From the human T2T-CHM13v2.0 reference genome, Homo sapiens, in NCBI RefSeq assembly GCF_009914755.1, contig NC_060938.1: a DNA stretch of 64,000 bases; one strand, written 5' to 3'. Shown here piece after piece: positions 25,728-40,199 of the stretch (positions are counted from its first letter, which is position 1; the number at the start of each line of letters is the position of its first letter). The notes under the pieces were generated by a model. That model saw nothing but the letters and a program-made list of their open reading frames with translations, was not told the origin of the DNA and searched no databases. The position numbers were made by a program, and so were the translations under genes.

Positions 25728-28700
25728 TGCTCTTTCTCCTCACCGTGCGCTGCCCCCCACCGCCCCCCACCATCCCCCGCCCAGTTATTGGGAAAGAAGT
25801 AAAACTGTACTGTTCAGTGAATACCCATTGGACTCAAACTTTCACAGCAGAAAAATAAAACTTCAGTGACAATGGTTGCAATTTACAAAATTCATAAGAT
25901 AGTGCCCTAAGAGGTAATGTTGTGTTTACAGATATGGGGAAAAAAACAGCTATTGGTTCAGTGAAGACTTGTGTTTTCTTTCTTCTCAGTTTATCTTCTG
26001 TGACTGAGTCCAGATCTTTATTTGCACATAGACTAATTCTGTCTGACTGCAGACACATGCTCTAATGTCCACACATTAAAGCTTTCTTTACCTAGACCTG
26101 CTACCCTTCTGACCCAGACCCTCCACTCCTGCCACTGACTCCTTTATGAACTACAGTTGTTTGCTCTTTGCCTTTCCTGAAACACAAATTACCAACTACT
26201 TTCACATCTCAGCCTTTGGTGAAAACAAGAGAAAAAATAGGTTAACTAAGTATAAATTTCTCGTTTTTCAATTTTCATATTTCTCAATTGAAAAATATGT
26301 TAAATAGGCATCAGTTTAATTATTTTTCTCTTCAATTTTATTTTTTGAAAGTTCATCTGAAAATATAAATATGAGGTAAATTGTCTACTTCATGACATGG
26401 TTATGAAGCTTGGTGAGATGATTGAGAGAATAATATATATATATATATATATATATAGTGTATATATAAGTTCTGGTTGTTCTAAATCCTAAGCAAAGCA
26501 TTCCATCTTTGGGGAAAGGGTATACCTTTCTTTGTCTGTTTGTTTCTGTGCTCAAAATGCGTGCTGATGTTGATAATAGATAAATAATAATGGCATTCTG
26601 GTGGACAGTGTGGTGTTAGGTGAGGTGGGAACAACTATGGTTGGAGGAAATAGCCTTCAACCTCAACCTTTGGTTCTAAGAAACTTTGTCTCTAAGAAAC
26701 TAAGTTACTAAGAAACATTGTGAACTTAAGTCACAATGAATAAGTCACTTGGTTTCACTGAGACTCAATTTCTTCACCTTTAAAGTGAGCAATAATAATA
26801 GTTAACCATACTTATATCACAGAAATTGTATGAGAGATTAAACAAGTTGTATTTTGTACATTCTAAACCAATGTGTACAGGTTAAATATTTTATGAGACA
26901 TATTTTCATGATAAGGCTGCCCTCTTTGAATTCCTTGCACAAAGAGGAGCTTCAATGTTGATCATTTGCTGGTTGGTAGATAGTGGTTAAAGAACATGCA
27001 TCTGCTGGTTCTCCTCATTTTCCTATCTATACATACACTTTTTTGCCTCCTAGAGATTATTTCATTTACATAGTACTCTGAGTAAATGTAGATGAGAAAC
27101 ACTTTACTGTATTTTCATGTTTATGGCACTAGAACACAGCATGGGACAAAAGTCAGCTTGTGATTTTTGGTAATGGTCTGCTTAGGTAGAAAGTCATGCC
27201 AGGCAAATTTTAGCATGGACCAACACATTATAGCAAATCATTTAGAAGCTCAGGGATTCAGTAAAGTGAAAAGAGAGGACTCCAAGAAATACTCTGAGAT
27301 CATTTTGGAAATTCAGAATTGGATCCCATTTGCAGTAAACCTGTGCAGAATTCAAACATTCCTACATGGTTCTCAGTGTCCATTGTAAACTAAGATTTTT
27401 AATCTGGTTTGTGCTGGGAAGAAGCAGGTGTTTTTAGGGACAACTACCTTCAGATGTGGAAGTGAAGTACTTCTTTTAATGCAATTTCTTAGGCTTACTA
27501 GGGCTCAAAGTTTGTAGAGCAGATAGGAGCACAATATTATGCCAGAACTCTTAGAATTGACTTTGTGAAGCCTGAATTTGAAACAGAATTCTTACTGAGA
27601 GACATGGTCCTGATACATAGATTTTGCCCCAGTTTTCTCCCTGACCAGCTCTGTAACTTTGAATTATAACATTATATTTTTAAATTATATTCATCTTTTA
27701 ACTTTTAGACATTCTGTGTGATACCTTGATTTCCTAACCTATATTCTTGGCTTTACCTGTAGTTTTCTGCATGGCATGTAGTATGAAAGCTCCTTAATAC
27801 CATAGCTGGGGAAAACTTTCCTTTTCATATCTTCATCATTTGTACAATGAGAGATTTGAGTGAGATGATCTCTCCAAATGTTTTCCAGCACTGGAACTGC
27901 ATGAGTCTCTGATTTGTATGTCTTTAAAGACACCACTGTGCATCTTAAACCTATCTGAGTTCCACAAGTCTGCCAGTATTTTATAGGTCTATTTTCTTGA
28001 CTATCATAATAACTTATGCCAAAGCCATAAGCCAGGTTTTCTCTTTTCCCCTCAGACAGAAGCAGCATAATGTACCAGAGTGGCACACTGTGATGTTATA
28101 AAGCCCACAATCCAACTTCAGTGCAGTCACGCTGAGATGGGAAGAATGCAGCTTTCATTTAAACACACCTTAATAATGCTAGAAAGGAGCTCTATGTTAT
28201 GTTTAAAATATTCTGCTGTGTTTAGCCATATCAGAGCAGGGGGCAGACTAGCAACTGGGTTTATAAAGAGGAAATGGTTTATTTCTATTTACAGTTAGGA
28301 TTTTGAGAGAGACTTGCTTGAGTTATACACCAACACATAATGTACACCCACTGTGTGACAGGTACTCTTCCAAATGCTTTACATATGTGACTTCATTTAA
28401 TCCTCACTAGCCTTTGAACCTAATAAAGTGACTATTTTACGATTAAAAACATTGAGACTCAGAGAGGTTAAGTGGCTTGATTAACATGGTGTTAAAGCCA
28501 GGATTCAAACCTGGTTGTGACCAGAAAACTCTTGGTCTTTCTGCTGTACCACACAGTCTGTCAACTCAGGAAACAGACTACACAAACACATCAAGCTCTT
28601 TTGTCAGGAATCAAGTACACAGATTGATGAAGCACTTTGATTAATGCAGCTAACACACCTTTCCAAAGCATCTACAAGACTTTCCAATTCCTAATAAGTA

Positions 28701-29235
28701 TTTGAATGTTTTCCAATCTGCCTGAACCCGTTTCAACCCAAGGAGATAGTAAATAAAAGGAGCAGACTGATGAAACACTCACACTTGATATGTCTTTTTT
28801 TTTGAATGAATGAATCAATGAATAAATGATTGAGTGAGGTTCCACATGATCAAATCTCTTGCACTAGGAAAGGAGGGATGCTAGTTTATAAAAGAAGCAA
28901 AGGCACAGGAAGTTATGCACCCTTCAAAAGCACACCAATGGGCTCGTAGAACTTAGAGATATAAGAGAGCTCAATGTTCCAGGTAGGCAGGGTGAGGACT
29001 CAACTAAGAGCATCCAGTTAGTGTCAGGACTGGTCAGGAGCACAGACATCATGACTCTGAGTCCATTGCCTTTTCTTTCCTCTACTTCTCAGTCCTTCAA
29101 GACACTTTCTTAAATTACAAACTTGTTCCCCATCTCTCTTTCTTCAGAGAAATCTCCCCTTATCCAGATTATGTCCTGCAGGCACATATTCTGCCAGTGT
29201 TGGACTTGCCAGGCCTTCCATTAAAATTAATTATT

Positions 29236-29740
<505 letters not shown>

Positions 29741-31274
29741 TCATCTGGAAGTTGTGACCAGGATCTTGTTTGAAGACCTGTCCCCAGCCCCAGTCCTGAC
29801 CTCTTGCTTACCAGCTATTGAGTGGCTATGAAAACATAAAGCCCCTGGAAACCAGCAAGCCACATTTTCTGAGATACTGTCCTGCCCTCCCTTTTTTATT
29901 GTTTTGAAATATTCCTCTCACCCCCCCACGTTAAAACATAACCATGTGTATTCACTCCTGAGTGACTTTCCCCCAAACTATGAATTTCAACTATTTCCGA
30001 GGCAGTCGTTCAGAATTTGAATATAATTACACTCTTTGGGTGAAAATTGTGGTTTTTGCTACATAAAAAACTAATGGAAATGATCTGCCTGTTCCTGTAG
30101 TTTACAGATTATATGCTTCAGAACTGACGATATATATTTAGGCTGCTTTTCTGTGTGGCACATTTAAATGAAAATGAACTCGGGGTGAGCCACCATGGTT
30201 GCTAGGCAATAGAGCGGGTTGATAGAGCACGGTATTAAACTGAACCCACATTGGTGTTTTACTTAACATCTATTTGCTTAGCACCTTTGTCATCTGTGGT
30301 GTCATAGAAGGGAAAGGAGGAGGAGACAGGCAGAGTCTGGTTATCTGCAGAGACTCAAACAAGTAGGAGAAATAATCATCCCAAACACCAAAGTGACATG
30401 AGCATTTTCAAAAATTTGAGGTTGCAGCACAGTCAACTCATTTAATGAAGAACATGCAAGACCTGAAGAAATGCATAAGCATAGCAGACATATTCATGGA
30501 TGTGGTAGCAAGAGGAACTAAAGAGATTCCCCAGGCTGGGTTTTGCTCTGGTGGTTCCAGAAAAAAAAAAAAAAAAAAAATAGCCACCACGCTGGTTGAA
30601 AATTTTAAAAATGCGTCTATGGGTCATTTAATTTCCTGGCCTAAAATCCCAGATTTATCATGAGCAAGCGGTGATAGGCAGCAAAAGCATTGCGGCTTCT
30701 TTACAATTGATAACTAATAGAGGAACTCCAATTGCTTTGAAACCCTGGTTTTAATAAAAGCTGAAAGTCTCTTATAAGAAAACAACTGGATCACAATAAA
30801 GCAAAACCTCGTCAGACTCTTTGGGTCCATTCTAGCCACTTTCTGATACATTTAAAAGTTTGAAAAGATGATTAAAGGGTTAAAACTCAGCTGTGGGGAG
30901 AATTTGGTCTCATGAATAATTTGGGCAGAGAGAGGATCCTGTGATTTGGATAGCCAAAGTTTTATTGTTTATTTTTTCCAGGAGCCAATTATTATATATC
31001 TTTTTTCATTGAATCAATATCTCTGCATAATGGAATGGTCACCTTTGAATGTTCTCTTTTCTTAAAACAAACTTCTTAGATAAGTTAAACACAAGATGAT
31101 AGGAAACCTCTATTTTCATAAGAATGACAATAACATCTACTTTGGTTTTTATTATAGCAATTGATCACTTTTTATTATGCCTAACATTTTTGCCTTTCAA
31201 TATGCCTGACATTTCTATAAACGTTATAGTTCATTTAATTCTCCCATGAAGTAGGTGGAGTTGTTTTCCCATTT

Positions 31275-31416
31275 TTTAAGTTTTAGTTATTTATTTTAGC
31301 AGAGATGGGGTCTTGCGGTATTGTCCAGACCAGTCTCAAACTCTTGGGCTCAAGTGATCCTCCCAACTTGGTCTCTCAAAGTGCTGGGATTACTGGCATA
31401 GCCACCATGCCCAGCC
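31275..31416 (-). mobile_element. FLAM/Alu monomer within a MIR
   Basis: Single monomer with T-rich tail at left, flanked by TTTTCCCA repeats. Confidence 0.75.
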
Positions 31417-31479
31417 CATTTTCCCACTTTAAAGAGGCAGACTCGGAGGCATGGAAAGTTTGAGTCAGTTGCCTAAGGT

Positions 31480-31588
31480 CTTATAGGTAATATAAGGCAC
31501 AATCAGGTTGGGTATTTAAGCAGTTTGAACCTGTCCTGTTCAAACTGCTTAAATACCCAACCTGATTGTGCCTTATATTACCTATAAG
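31480..31588. repeat. Perfect inverted repeat, 51-bp arms, 7-nt spacer
   Basis: 31480-31530 is the exact reverse complement of 31538-31588. Confidence 0.97.
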
Positions 31589-34500
31589 TATATACTGAAA
31601 TTATACTGAAAACAGTATACTGAAAACAGTACAATATTTCATAAATACTCTTAAAATTTCAGTATTTATGAAATATTACCTGAATGGTGGGAAAAAATTT
31701 CAAAGTGGTATTCTTAAATGGAATACTGGGCCATTTTTAAAAGGACCTCTTAGGGTCTACCTAGATACAGGATAAATTATGAAGACAGAATATTTTCTAA
31801 ACAGGTAAACACCTACCTCATATGAGGTATTCTAACAAATACTTTAGCTTACTGCATTTAATCTTTACTGACCATCCTTCAAGGTAGGCACTATTGTTAT
31901 CATGAATTTACGGGAACAGAAACTGAGCCCCAGAGGGTTAAGCAACTCACTCTAGTTCTTCCACTTACTAAGCAGTTAGCCTATAGCATCTGTTGAACTC
32001 TTAGGTCAGGTAATCTGTGCAAATGTAGAACAGTTCCCGGATACTGAAAGCAACTAATCAGAATGCTTCCCTAGATTCACAAATTCTATTACATTATAGG
32101 AGAGGCTTTTCAAAACAGCCTTTGGAAACTCACACCAGTTCCAGAATCTGCTGGCAATGAATAGTTACATCTTTACATCTTCAATCAAGGACCCAAGAGT
32201 GAGGGACCCCCTCTCCTTTGACAGGGAAGCCCATTGGTGCCTCATTCTCCTCATGTTTAATTCACTCTAAGAATCCGTTTTTTTCAGGAAGTTTCTTTTC
32301 CAGTAATTACGATAGGCTTTCTCCCCAACTTATGATTTTAGGCAAGCAACCAAACTTTCCTGATTTTAATTCTCTCACCTGAAAGACAGGGAACTGTGAG
32401 GTGGCCTGCCAGCTTTGCTTTCAAAAGTGTGGCATTCATCTTTCATTAATGCCAAAAGGCAAAATTCCAATGATTTCTAAAATACTTCCTCACCCTTATC
32501 AGATCTTATTAGATCACCTTGAATCTACTTTTAATCTTGGCCCTTCATACATATGGTAGTAGTTCTTTAAATATGAGGGTGAAACTAATGAATACGTTAA
32601 GAGGGGCAGTGGGTTTCCAACTTGAGTGAATATGTGTGTGTTTGCTTTCACATGTAGGTAAATGTGTGAACCAAAATAAACGATGTAACAGAAAACCTTC
32701 ATAGCAGCCCAATTAGTTCCTAGCTTAGAATGTAAAGATCAGACATGAGAACTAAGTCTGCCGTGCATTACAGACGTAGGGAGGTTTCAGTACCTGCTTC
32801 TTACTGCTCTGGTATCATTTATCAGTGCAGTGTTGTCACAGGCTCATGTCAACATGTCAATAATAATCTCAGGAGAGGATAGCTTTTATGTGAAATAGGA
32901 AGGTAAACCTAGAGTCTTGGCCTTATACAGACAACCCCCTTCTTTGGGATGACTAGTGTTTTCATGTTTCTTGTTTTTTCCATGCCAGGGAGCCATTTTA
33001 TGTGTGTGTATTGGTAACCTCATCAACTGTTAGCTATTAAAGACTGGTTAAACTAATTATTATTAAGAACTCTCTTTCAGAAAATCCTGAGATAGTTCCT
33101 TTTACTTCCCTTCACAAAGTAACTTGATATTGGTCCCTGAGAAATAGATCCACAACCTCATCACCAAGTTCTCCAGGCCCTGAGGAATGATCATGCCCCT
33201 AAAATAATGTTCTGATGAAGGACTTTCTTTGGACTCAAAATCTGCTTTGCATTTGTGGAATCATCAAATGCGAAACCTGCAAGAGGTCTTTAGAAGCCCT
33301 TTTCAATCAAGTTATTTTTCATGTGAAAAAGCTAATAGACCAGAAGTTTGTGAATAGTTTTCCCAAATCACACTTTTCAAATTAGAGGCAAGGCGAGGGC
33401 AACGTGCAAGCTTTCAGCTTCGCTGTTTAGTCTCTTTCTAGTCTCTTTCTACTGCATCACAATGTTAGCACTCAGGCTTTCCAGGTGTCATCTGTTTTGC
33501 TGTGGACTGGGAAACTGGGATTGTCTCCAGCACCACTTGGATAACAAATGAGCACAGAAGGAGCAGAGAGCAGCATGACAACCAAGATACTCCAAACACT
33601 CGCACTGTTTCCTGTAATTACCATCCAGAGAGCAGCTCCCACTCCGTGTCAGGCATGTCACCCCCTCACGGGGTCTCCTGCTTTCTCTCTGCCCCAGCAG
33701 CCTAGAGGGGAAATTCAGCATGCTGCATTTCAATCAAACTGTTTGATGAGAGCTTTTGAGCCTAATTACATGGAAGGTTTTATCCAGTGAAAAGAAAGAG
33801 GAAAGAGAAAGAGAGAAATTAAATTGAAGTATAAATCAGTCAAGAGCTTAGATCCCGCGCTTGCTTTCTTTTTAATCAAGAGTGAAATGAGAGGAGAGTT
33901 TTAAGGATCATCACAAGACACCATTAACTACCCAAGGAGCTCTTGGCTGAAGATGGTTTGTCATAAAAAGAAAAGTGTACAATCTGTCCATAAAGAGGAA
34001 GTATCTGAGGGTCGTGCTGCAGTTTAGGAGCATGACACTAAAAGGAAGGACGCTTGGTTTTTCCGTGATTATTTTATCTTTATTTCCCCTAGATACCTAG
34101 CATATTTTCTCGCACACATTAGGTGTTCTTGTTCTGTATTTTAAATCAATGACTTGGTAAATAACGTAGTGTGTTAACTCAGGTAATTATTACATAGGAA
34201 AGGGTATGTTATCAACTCATTCAATATTAGATACAACACATGAAATCAGTATTCAAAGTTTTGGCCAGTTTCCCTTTGTGGTTGATGTAGTTTGGGCATA
34301 TCCCTCTAATATTACTGTTATTTATAGAATGCTTTACAGTGTTACAGAGAAAATTCACGGTAATTATTTGATCCACAGCACAGCCTTGTGTGGTAGGAGG
34401 ACAGGTAGTATGATTGTTATTTATTCCATTTTTTTAAGCTGATGTAATCAAAACCAAAGAAGCATAAATGACTTGATCAGAGTCATCCAAGTATTAAGTG

Positions 34501-34769
34501 ACAGAGCAATAACTGCTACCCAGCTTCTATTACATCACCCTGTATGACCTAGAATCTTGTACAGAATTTCTGGGTTCTTCAGTATAAGAAGGATAGGTAA
34601 ACAGCAGAGAGGAGTGTTTGCAAAAGAAATGCATTGGAATTCATACTTTATTATTGAGTACTTATGATGAGCAATGCAAGGCACTGGTCCATGCTCTGAA
34701 CTGGAATGTGAAACATGAGCTTTGTCCCCAAAGGCTTACAGTGTGGTTACAATTCATTAAAATGATACT

Positions 34770-35545
34770 TAGATCTATCCTTTCCATCTCTATTGCATTT
34801 TCAACCATATCACCTAAACAGTTGTGACAACCTCCCTTAACAGACCTTCCTTAGCTTCTGTTTTTCCCTCCTGTCCATGTTTCCCTCACCATTGGAGCCA
34901 TCCATCTGAAACACCAGTCTGATCATGCCGCTCTTCCATGGGCTCTTCGTGTCATTTCCTCTGTACTCAGAACAAAGGCTGGCCCCTTATCTTTATGATC
35001 TGGCCCCTGTGTATCCCCAACTTCACCTCCTAACATATTTGACTACCTTGGCCTTCATCTTTTTCTTTTTCCTTTTTTCCCCCCTTGAATATATCAATCT
35101 TGCTACTACCATAGTGCCTTTATTTGATCAGTTCCTTTTCTCTGGGATGTTTTCATCCAGATTGCCGTATGGCCACTCCTTCTTCTTATACGTCAGGCTT
35201 CAACTTCAATGTTATCCCCTCAAGAGCCCTTCCTTAATGACCCAGTCTAAAAAGCACTCTTTTTTAGAAGGATCAAGATTATATGAAAAAATTTAAAAAA
35301 ATAAAAAATAAAAAGCACTCTTTCAAATGTCTCTCCAGCATACCACCTTGTTTTGTTTTCACTGTAGCTTGAATATCTCTGTTACAGTTCCTTATGTGTG
35401 TATTGCTTCCATTAACCCACTAGAATGAAAGTTCTGAGAGCAGAGACCTTGCTGATCTTGTTCATGGCTGGACTCCCAGTACCTAAGGCAGTGACTGGCA
35501 AAGACTGAGTTTTCATAAATCTTGCTGAGTAAAGGGATGGATGAA
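34770..35545. mobile_element. L2 fragment
   Basis: Degenerate L2 3' region ending ...GCTGAGTAAAGGGATGGATGAATAAATG. Confidence 0.55.
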
Positions 35546-36557
35546 TAAATGGCATAGATGCTTCACAAATATGGGCTCCCACCTAGCATTTTAACCTCAA
35601 TACTCAGTAGGCCCTTTAAAAACATCAGTTTTAGTTTGTACTTTTCCCTTGATTGAGAATCTCTCCTATTTGGTAGACTGCTACTAATTTTTCACGTTGC
35701 AGCTGACTCCATAATATCTGGTCTGCAAAGTTTTCCCTATCTCCCACTGCACAGTGAGTTTCCCAGCCTTCTGTGTTTACTTTTTTCGCTATAGAAGTTT
35801 TCTCATTGAATAACAAAAATTATTAAACATATATTCAGTCTTCTACTGTTTTCCAGGCACTGTCCAGGGTGTCAGACTCTTAAACATACATCAGATTTGG
35901 GCCTTGCCTACAAGAGGTTCACGCCTTGGTGGAAGAGCTCACTCTCATTTTATTAAACATGTAACATTGCATTGCTGTTATTTATTGATGGTGATTGTTT
36001 TCCTCATTAGGCTCTGCCTTTCTTAAGGGTAAGGAATGAGTCATTCATTTCTATATTTTGATTGGCTGACATAGTTCTTCTTTTACAAAAGGTGCTTAAT
36101 GGCACTCATTAATGAAAAAATAGAGTGAGTGGGCTGAAAAGGTAAGAACATACAGTATTTTAATGCACGTTGTAGTGTGACAAACATCATGAGATAAGTA
36201 GAAACTACCGTGGGGATTTAGAGGGGAAGATGTCACAACCAATTAGGTCATTAAAAAGTGCTTCATAGCAGAAATAAACTTTATATCATGTTTTGAAGAA
36301 TTATTTCCACAGGCATGCAGGAGATGGGCTGAAATATACTTGGGAAAAAAAAAAAAAACAGATGTTCCAGAATCAGTGACTCCATTTGCTGAGTTATGGG
36401 CTTGTAGAGCTCAGTTGTGAGAAGGGCTGGTGAAGGAGTTTGGGGCTCTTTGATGGAGGACGTTGAGTAATAACTATAATTATAATGGACATCTTTGGCA
36501 TTTACAGTTTGCAGATCAGTAATGTAAATACTATATGACTTGTCCCTTTCAATTGCC

Positions 36558-39170
36558 CTGTAATTCTTTTATCATGATCACTATTTACAAGAGAAAAAAA
36601 GGGTCAAGGCTGAGAAGTTGATGCTTAAATCTTATAGGATGGTGCTGTATCTTTTCAAAATGTAAAACTGGTTTTGTAAATCCCTGGCTTAAAAAGATAA
36701 AACAAAAGCAAATAAATAAATAAATTAAGCCTCTTTCTTCACTGTTTCCAGTGCCCTCTAAATCAAGATAAAAATGTTTAATGTGGCCTAGCAGTTCCTG
36801 CGTGATCTGGCATCACTAGCATAGCACGTTTAGCCTCATCACTCAAAGGTCCTTCTGCCTTCTTGATTCCAGCGCCCTGGCCTTCTCCCAACCATTCATA
36901 TTCACCACTACAGACTTGCCTTTGCTTATCCTATTTAAGCAGAATCCTCACTTCTTCCTTTGATGGTCACCTACTCAGAACTAAGAACTCTTCTTTAGTG
37001 TAGCACCTCCTCAAGGAAATCCCCCTGCCATTTCTTTGAGAAATTCAAATTCCCAGGCCATAGGTTCTCATAACCTTCTAGAACTCTCTCCTGTTGCTCA
37101 TTTCACAATTCCTTTTTATACATTTGGTTGTGAGATTATTTGATTAATATCCATTTCCTAAGTAGATTCCACTGGGGTTAGACAGGGTTGTTAGAAAATA
37201 AAAATGCAAGACAGCCAATTAAATTTGTATTCAGATAAATAACTGACTTTTTAAAAGTACAGGTATGTCCCATGCAATATTTGGAATATACTTATAATTT
37301 AAAAATTTTGTTGTTTATTTGAAATTCAAAGTTAACTGGGCATCCTATATTTTATCTGGCAACCTATATTTTATCTCATCAGAGACTATATCTGTTTTTT
37401 TCTTCTAGCATAATCACTGGGGTTGTAACAAACAGGTAATCATCTAATGTTGGATGGATAAATAAAATGAGTTTAAAAAATATTCTGGCAGCGCATGTAG
37501 GCTGAATTGGAATGACAAGAGACTGAATTTGGAAGGACTCATTAGCAAACTTTGAAAATCATCAAAGGGAAAGTTAAGGACAGGGTGGTGGCATTGAGGC
37601 TAGATAGATGGAGATGTATAGAAGGAACATTTCCAAGTGGGGCTCAGAATTTGCACAGGTGTTATTGGGTAGCAACCCAGCACTGCGAGGAAGAGGCCAA
37701 AGGGCCATTTCAAATTATTAGTGATCAGGATTAAAACCAGTAACGGAGAGAAAAATAAATATAATGCCTCTCATTTATATAGTGCTTCACAACTTTTAAA
37801 GTGCTGTTTTATGTTCCCCATTATGCCCCTTGGTAGGAGAGTATTGTTTCTAAAAAGACAGCCATTTAATTATCACTTTTCTTTATAAATTCAATTACAT
37901 TTCCCAGTCCATGTAGTTCATCAGTTCAGAGATGTTTGTCTTCATTTCTGTCTATTTTTTAACAGGTTTCTTTTATTTAAGTTCCTCATTTCTCAGTCCT
38001 GAATCCTTTATTTCTGAAGCACCAGGTAATTTTGTATTACGCATAACAAATCTGAAATTTATTTGTATGAGCAGATTGATTTTATATCCATCAGATTTTC
38101 TAAAAATGGGCTATAACTGGCTTATAATGACATGACCAGCCAGAGGCTAATTTCTGTGGTATTTCTTCCTGATGCCAGAATAGGTAGACAAGTCAGAAGC
38201 ACCCACTTCAGATAATAAAGATATAATTCCAGTTATTCAAATTTGTGTTGAAAGCAAATCCTTTCACTGCTTATTTTTCAATTAGTGCCAAGTGTGGCTC
38301 CATGGCTTCTAGCTACAGAAGGCCAGGTGATCGAGCATTCTTAACCAGATACATGAATAGGGAGACCACGGTTCTGCAGTTGACATTTCTTCAGCTGCTC
38401 TTTCAGAGGTCTTAACATTTTTTCTCACCAGATACTTGCCTGTGAGCTGCTATTTGAAAGATAAGGTGTGCTGAGTAAATGATTAAGCAAGTGAGACAAT
38501 AAGAAGCAACGTAATCTCATCAGAGACTACATCTGTTTTTTTCTTCTAGCGTAATCACTGGGGTTGTAACAAGCAGGTAATCATCTAATGTTGGATGAAT
38601 AAATAAAATGAGTTTAAAAAATATTCTAGAACAGGGGAGAATTCTAGAAGGTTATGAGAACCTATGTTCTGGGAATTTGAATTTCTCAAAGAAATGGCAG
38701 GGGGATTTCCTTGAGGAGGTGCTACACTAAAGAAGAGTTCTTAGTTCTGAGTAGGTGACCATCAGAGGAAGAAGTGAGGATGCTGCTTAAATAGGATGAG
38801 CAAAGGCAAGTCTGTAGTAGTGAATATGAGTGGCTGGGAGAAGGCCAGGGGGCTGGAATCAAGAAGGCAGAAGGACCTTTGAGTGATGAGGCTAAACGTG
38901 CTATGCTAGTGATGCCAGATCACACAGGAACTGCTAGGCCACATTAAACATTTTTATCTTGATTTAGAGGGCACTGGAAACAGTGAAGAAAGAGGCTTAT
39001 TTATTTATTTATTTATTTGCTTTTGTTTTATCTTTTTAAGCCAGGGATTTACAAAACCAGTTTTACATTTTGAAAAGATACAGCACCATCCTATAAGATT
39101 TAAGCATCAACTTCTCAGCCTTGACCCTTTTTTTCTCTTGTAAATAGTGATCATGATAAAAGAATCACAG
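36558..39170. repeat. ~540-bp inverted duplication (36558-37095 / 38630-39170) plus 114-bp direct duplication (37373-37486 / 38514-38627)
   Basis: Inverted arms differ by about 13 substitutions and one microsatellite indel; direct copies differ at 4 of 114 positions. Confidence 0.95.
37183..37366. mobile_element. MER53 palindromic hAT MITE
   Basis: CAGGGTTG...GGCAACCT termini and central GTATGTCCCATGCAATATTTGG typical of MER53. Confidence 0.8.
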
Positions 39171-39246
39171 CCATGTAGAGGACGAAATGTGAGCTTTTAA
39201 CTCCACATACCTGAGTGTCACTGATCACTCTCTCAGTAGGTCACCC

Positions 39247-39448
39247 AGAGGTTAGCAAACTTTTCCTGTAAAGGAAGAGAGTAAACATTTCCAGCTTTGC
39301 AAGCAATATAGTCTCTGCCTCAACAACTACTCAACACTACCACTGTAATGTCAATGCAACTACAGACAATATGCAAACAAATGAGTGTGAGTATATCACA
39401 GTGAAACTTTATTTACAAAAACAAGACCACCTAGTCTGCAGACCCCTG
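39247..39448. mobile_element. MER58A-like hAT-Charlie element
   Basis: CAGAGGTTAGCAAACTTTTCCTGTAAAGG ... AAACTTTATTTACAAAAAC ... GACCCCTG. Confidence 0.75.
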
Positions 39449-40199
39449 CCCCCAGATTTCAGCTTCCTGTTATGAAAATGGCCATTATAAAACCTATATG
39501 GCACAGTTGTTGTGATTAAACATTTTTACATACCCAAAAAACTTAGTAAAGAATCAGGCATATTAATGAGAGTTCAGTAAATGCTAACCTGTATCATGAT
39601 TATAAGTTTTAGGGCTGCAAGGAATCTTGGGTGTGACAGACAATTTTCTCCTTTCAAAAGATACCTAGATGGAGGATTCAAGAAGTATAGGGACTTAACC
39701 AGGGTTACAGGATCTATTTTCCCGCAATCCTATTTGTATACCACTTCCAGAAACCCCAAGAAATATGATGGCATGAAGCCAAGCTATATATTGCGGGATA
39801 TTTGAGCATCCATTCAGCATGTATGCATTGAATGTCAGCCATGTATAAGACATTGTGCAGTATATTGCAAGTGACACAAAGATCAATAAAGTTCCTGCGT
39901 TGGAAAATCTAACAGTTTAAGTCACCCTAGTAACTATAATGAGGTGGAAAGCGACAAGTATCAAAGGAATGAGTGACCCCTACGTGCCAAGCACTATGTT
40001 GAAGTGCTTACATGTGTTGTCTCATATGATCCCCCAGCAGGTGGATTTTTAGCATTTCATCCTCAATGACATTCAAATGTTAAGTAATCTGCTCTAGGTC
40101 AAAAGTTACTAAGTGATAGAACAAAGATTTAAACTCGTTTCTCTAATTGCACAGTGTGCTTTCTACCAGACGCTGGGGAAATCCTCATACATGAAGTAT

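Noticed and set aside
37183-37366. miR-1302 family gene
   Set aside because: MER53 gives rise to miR-1302, but this copy is diverged at the mature sequence (TTGGAATATACTTATAA) and its hairpin is degraded.
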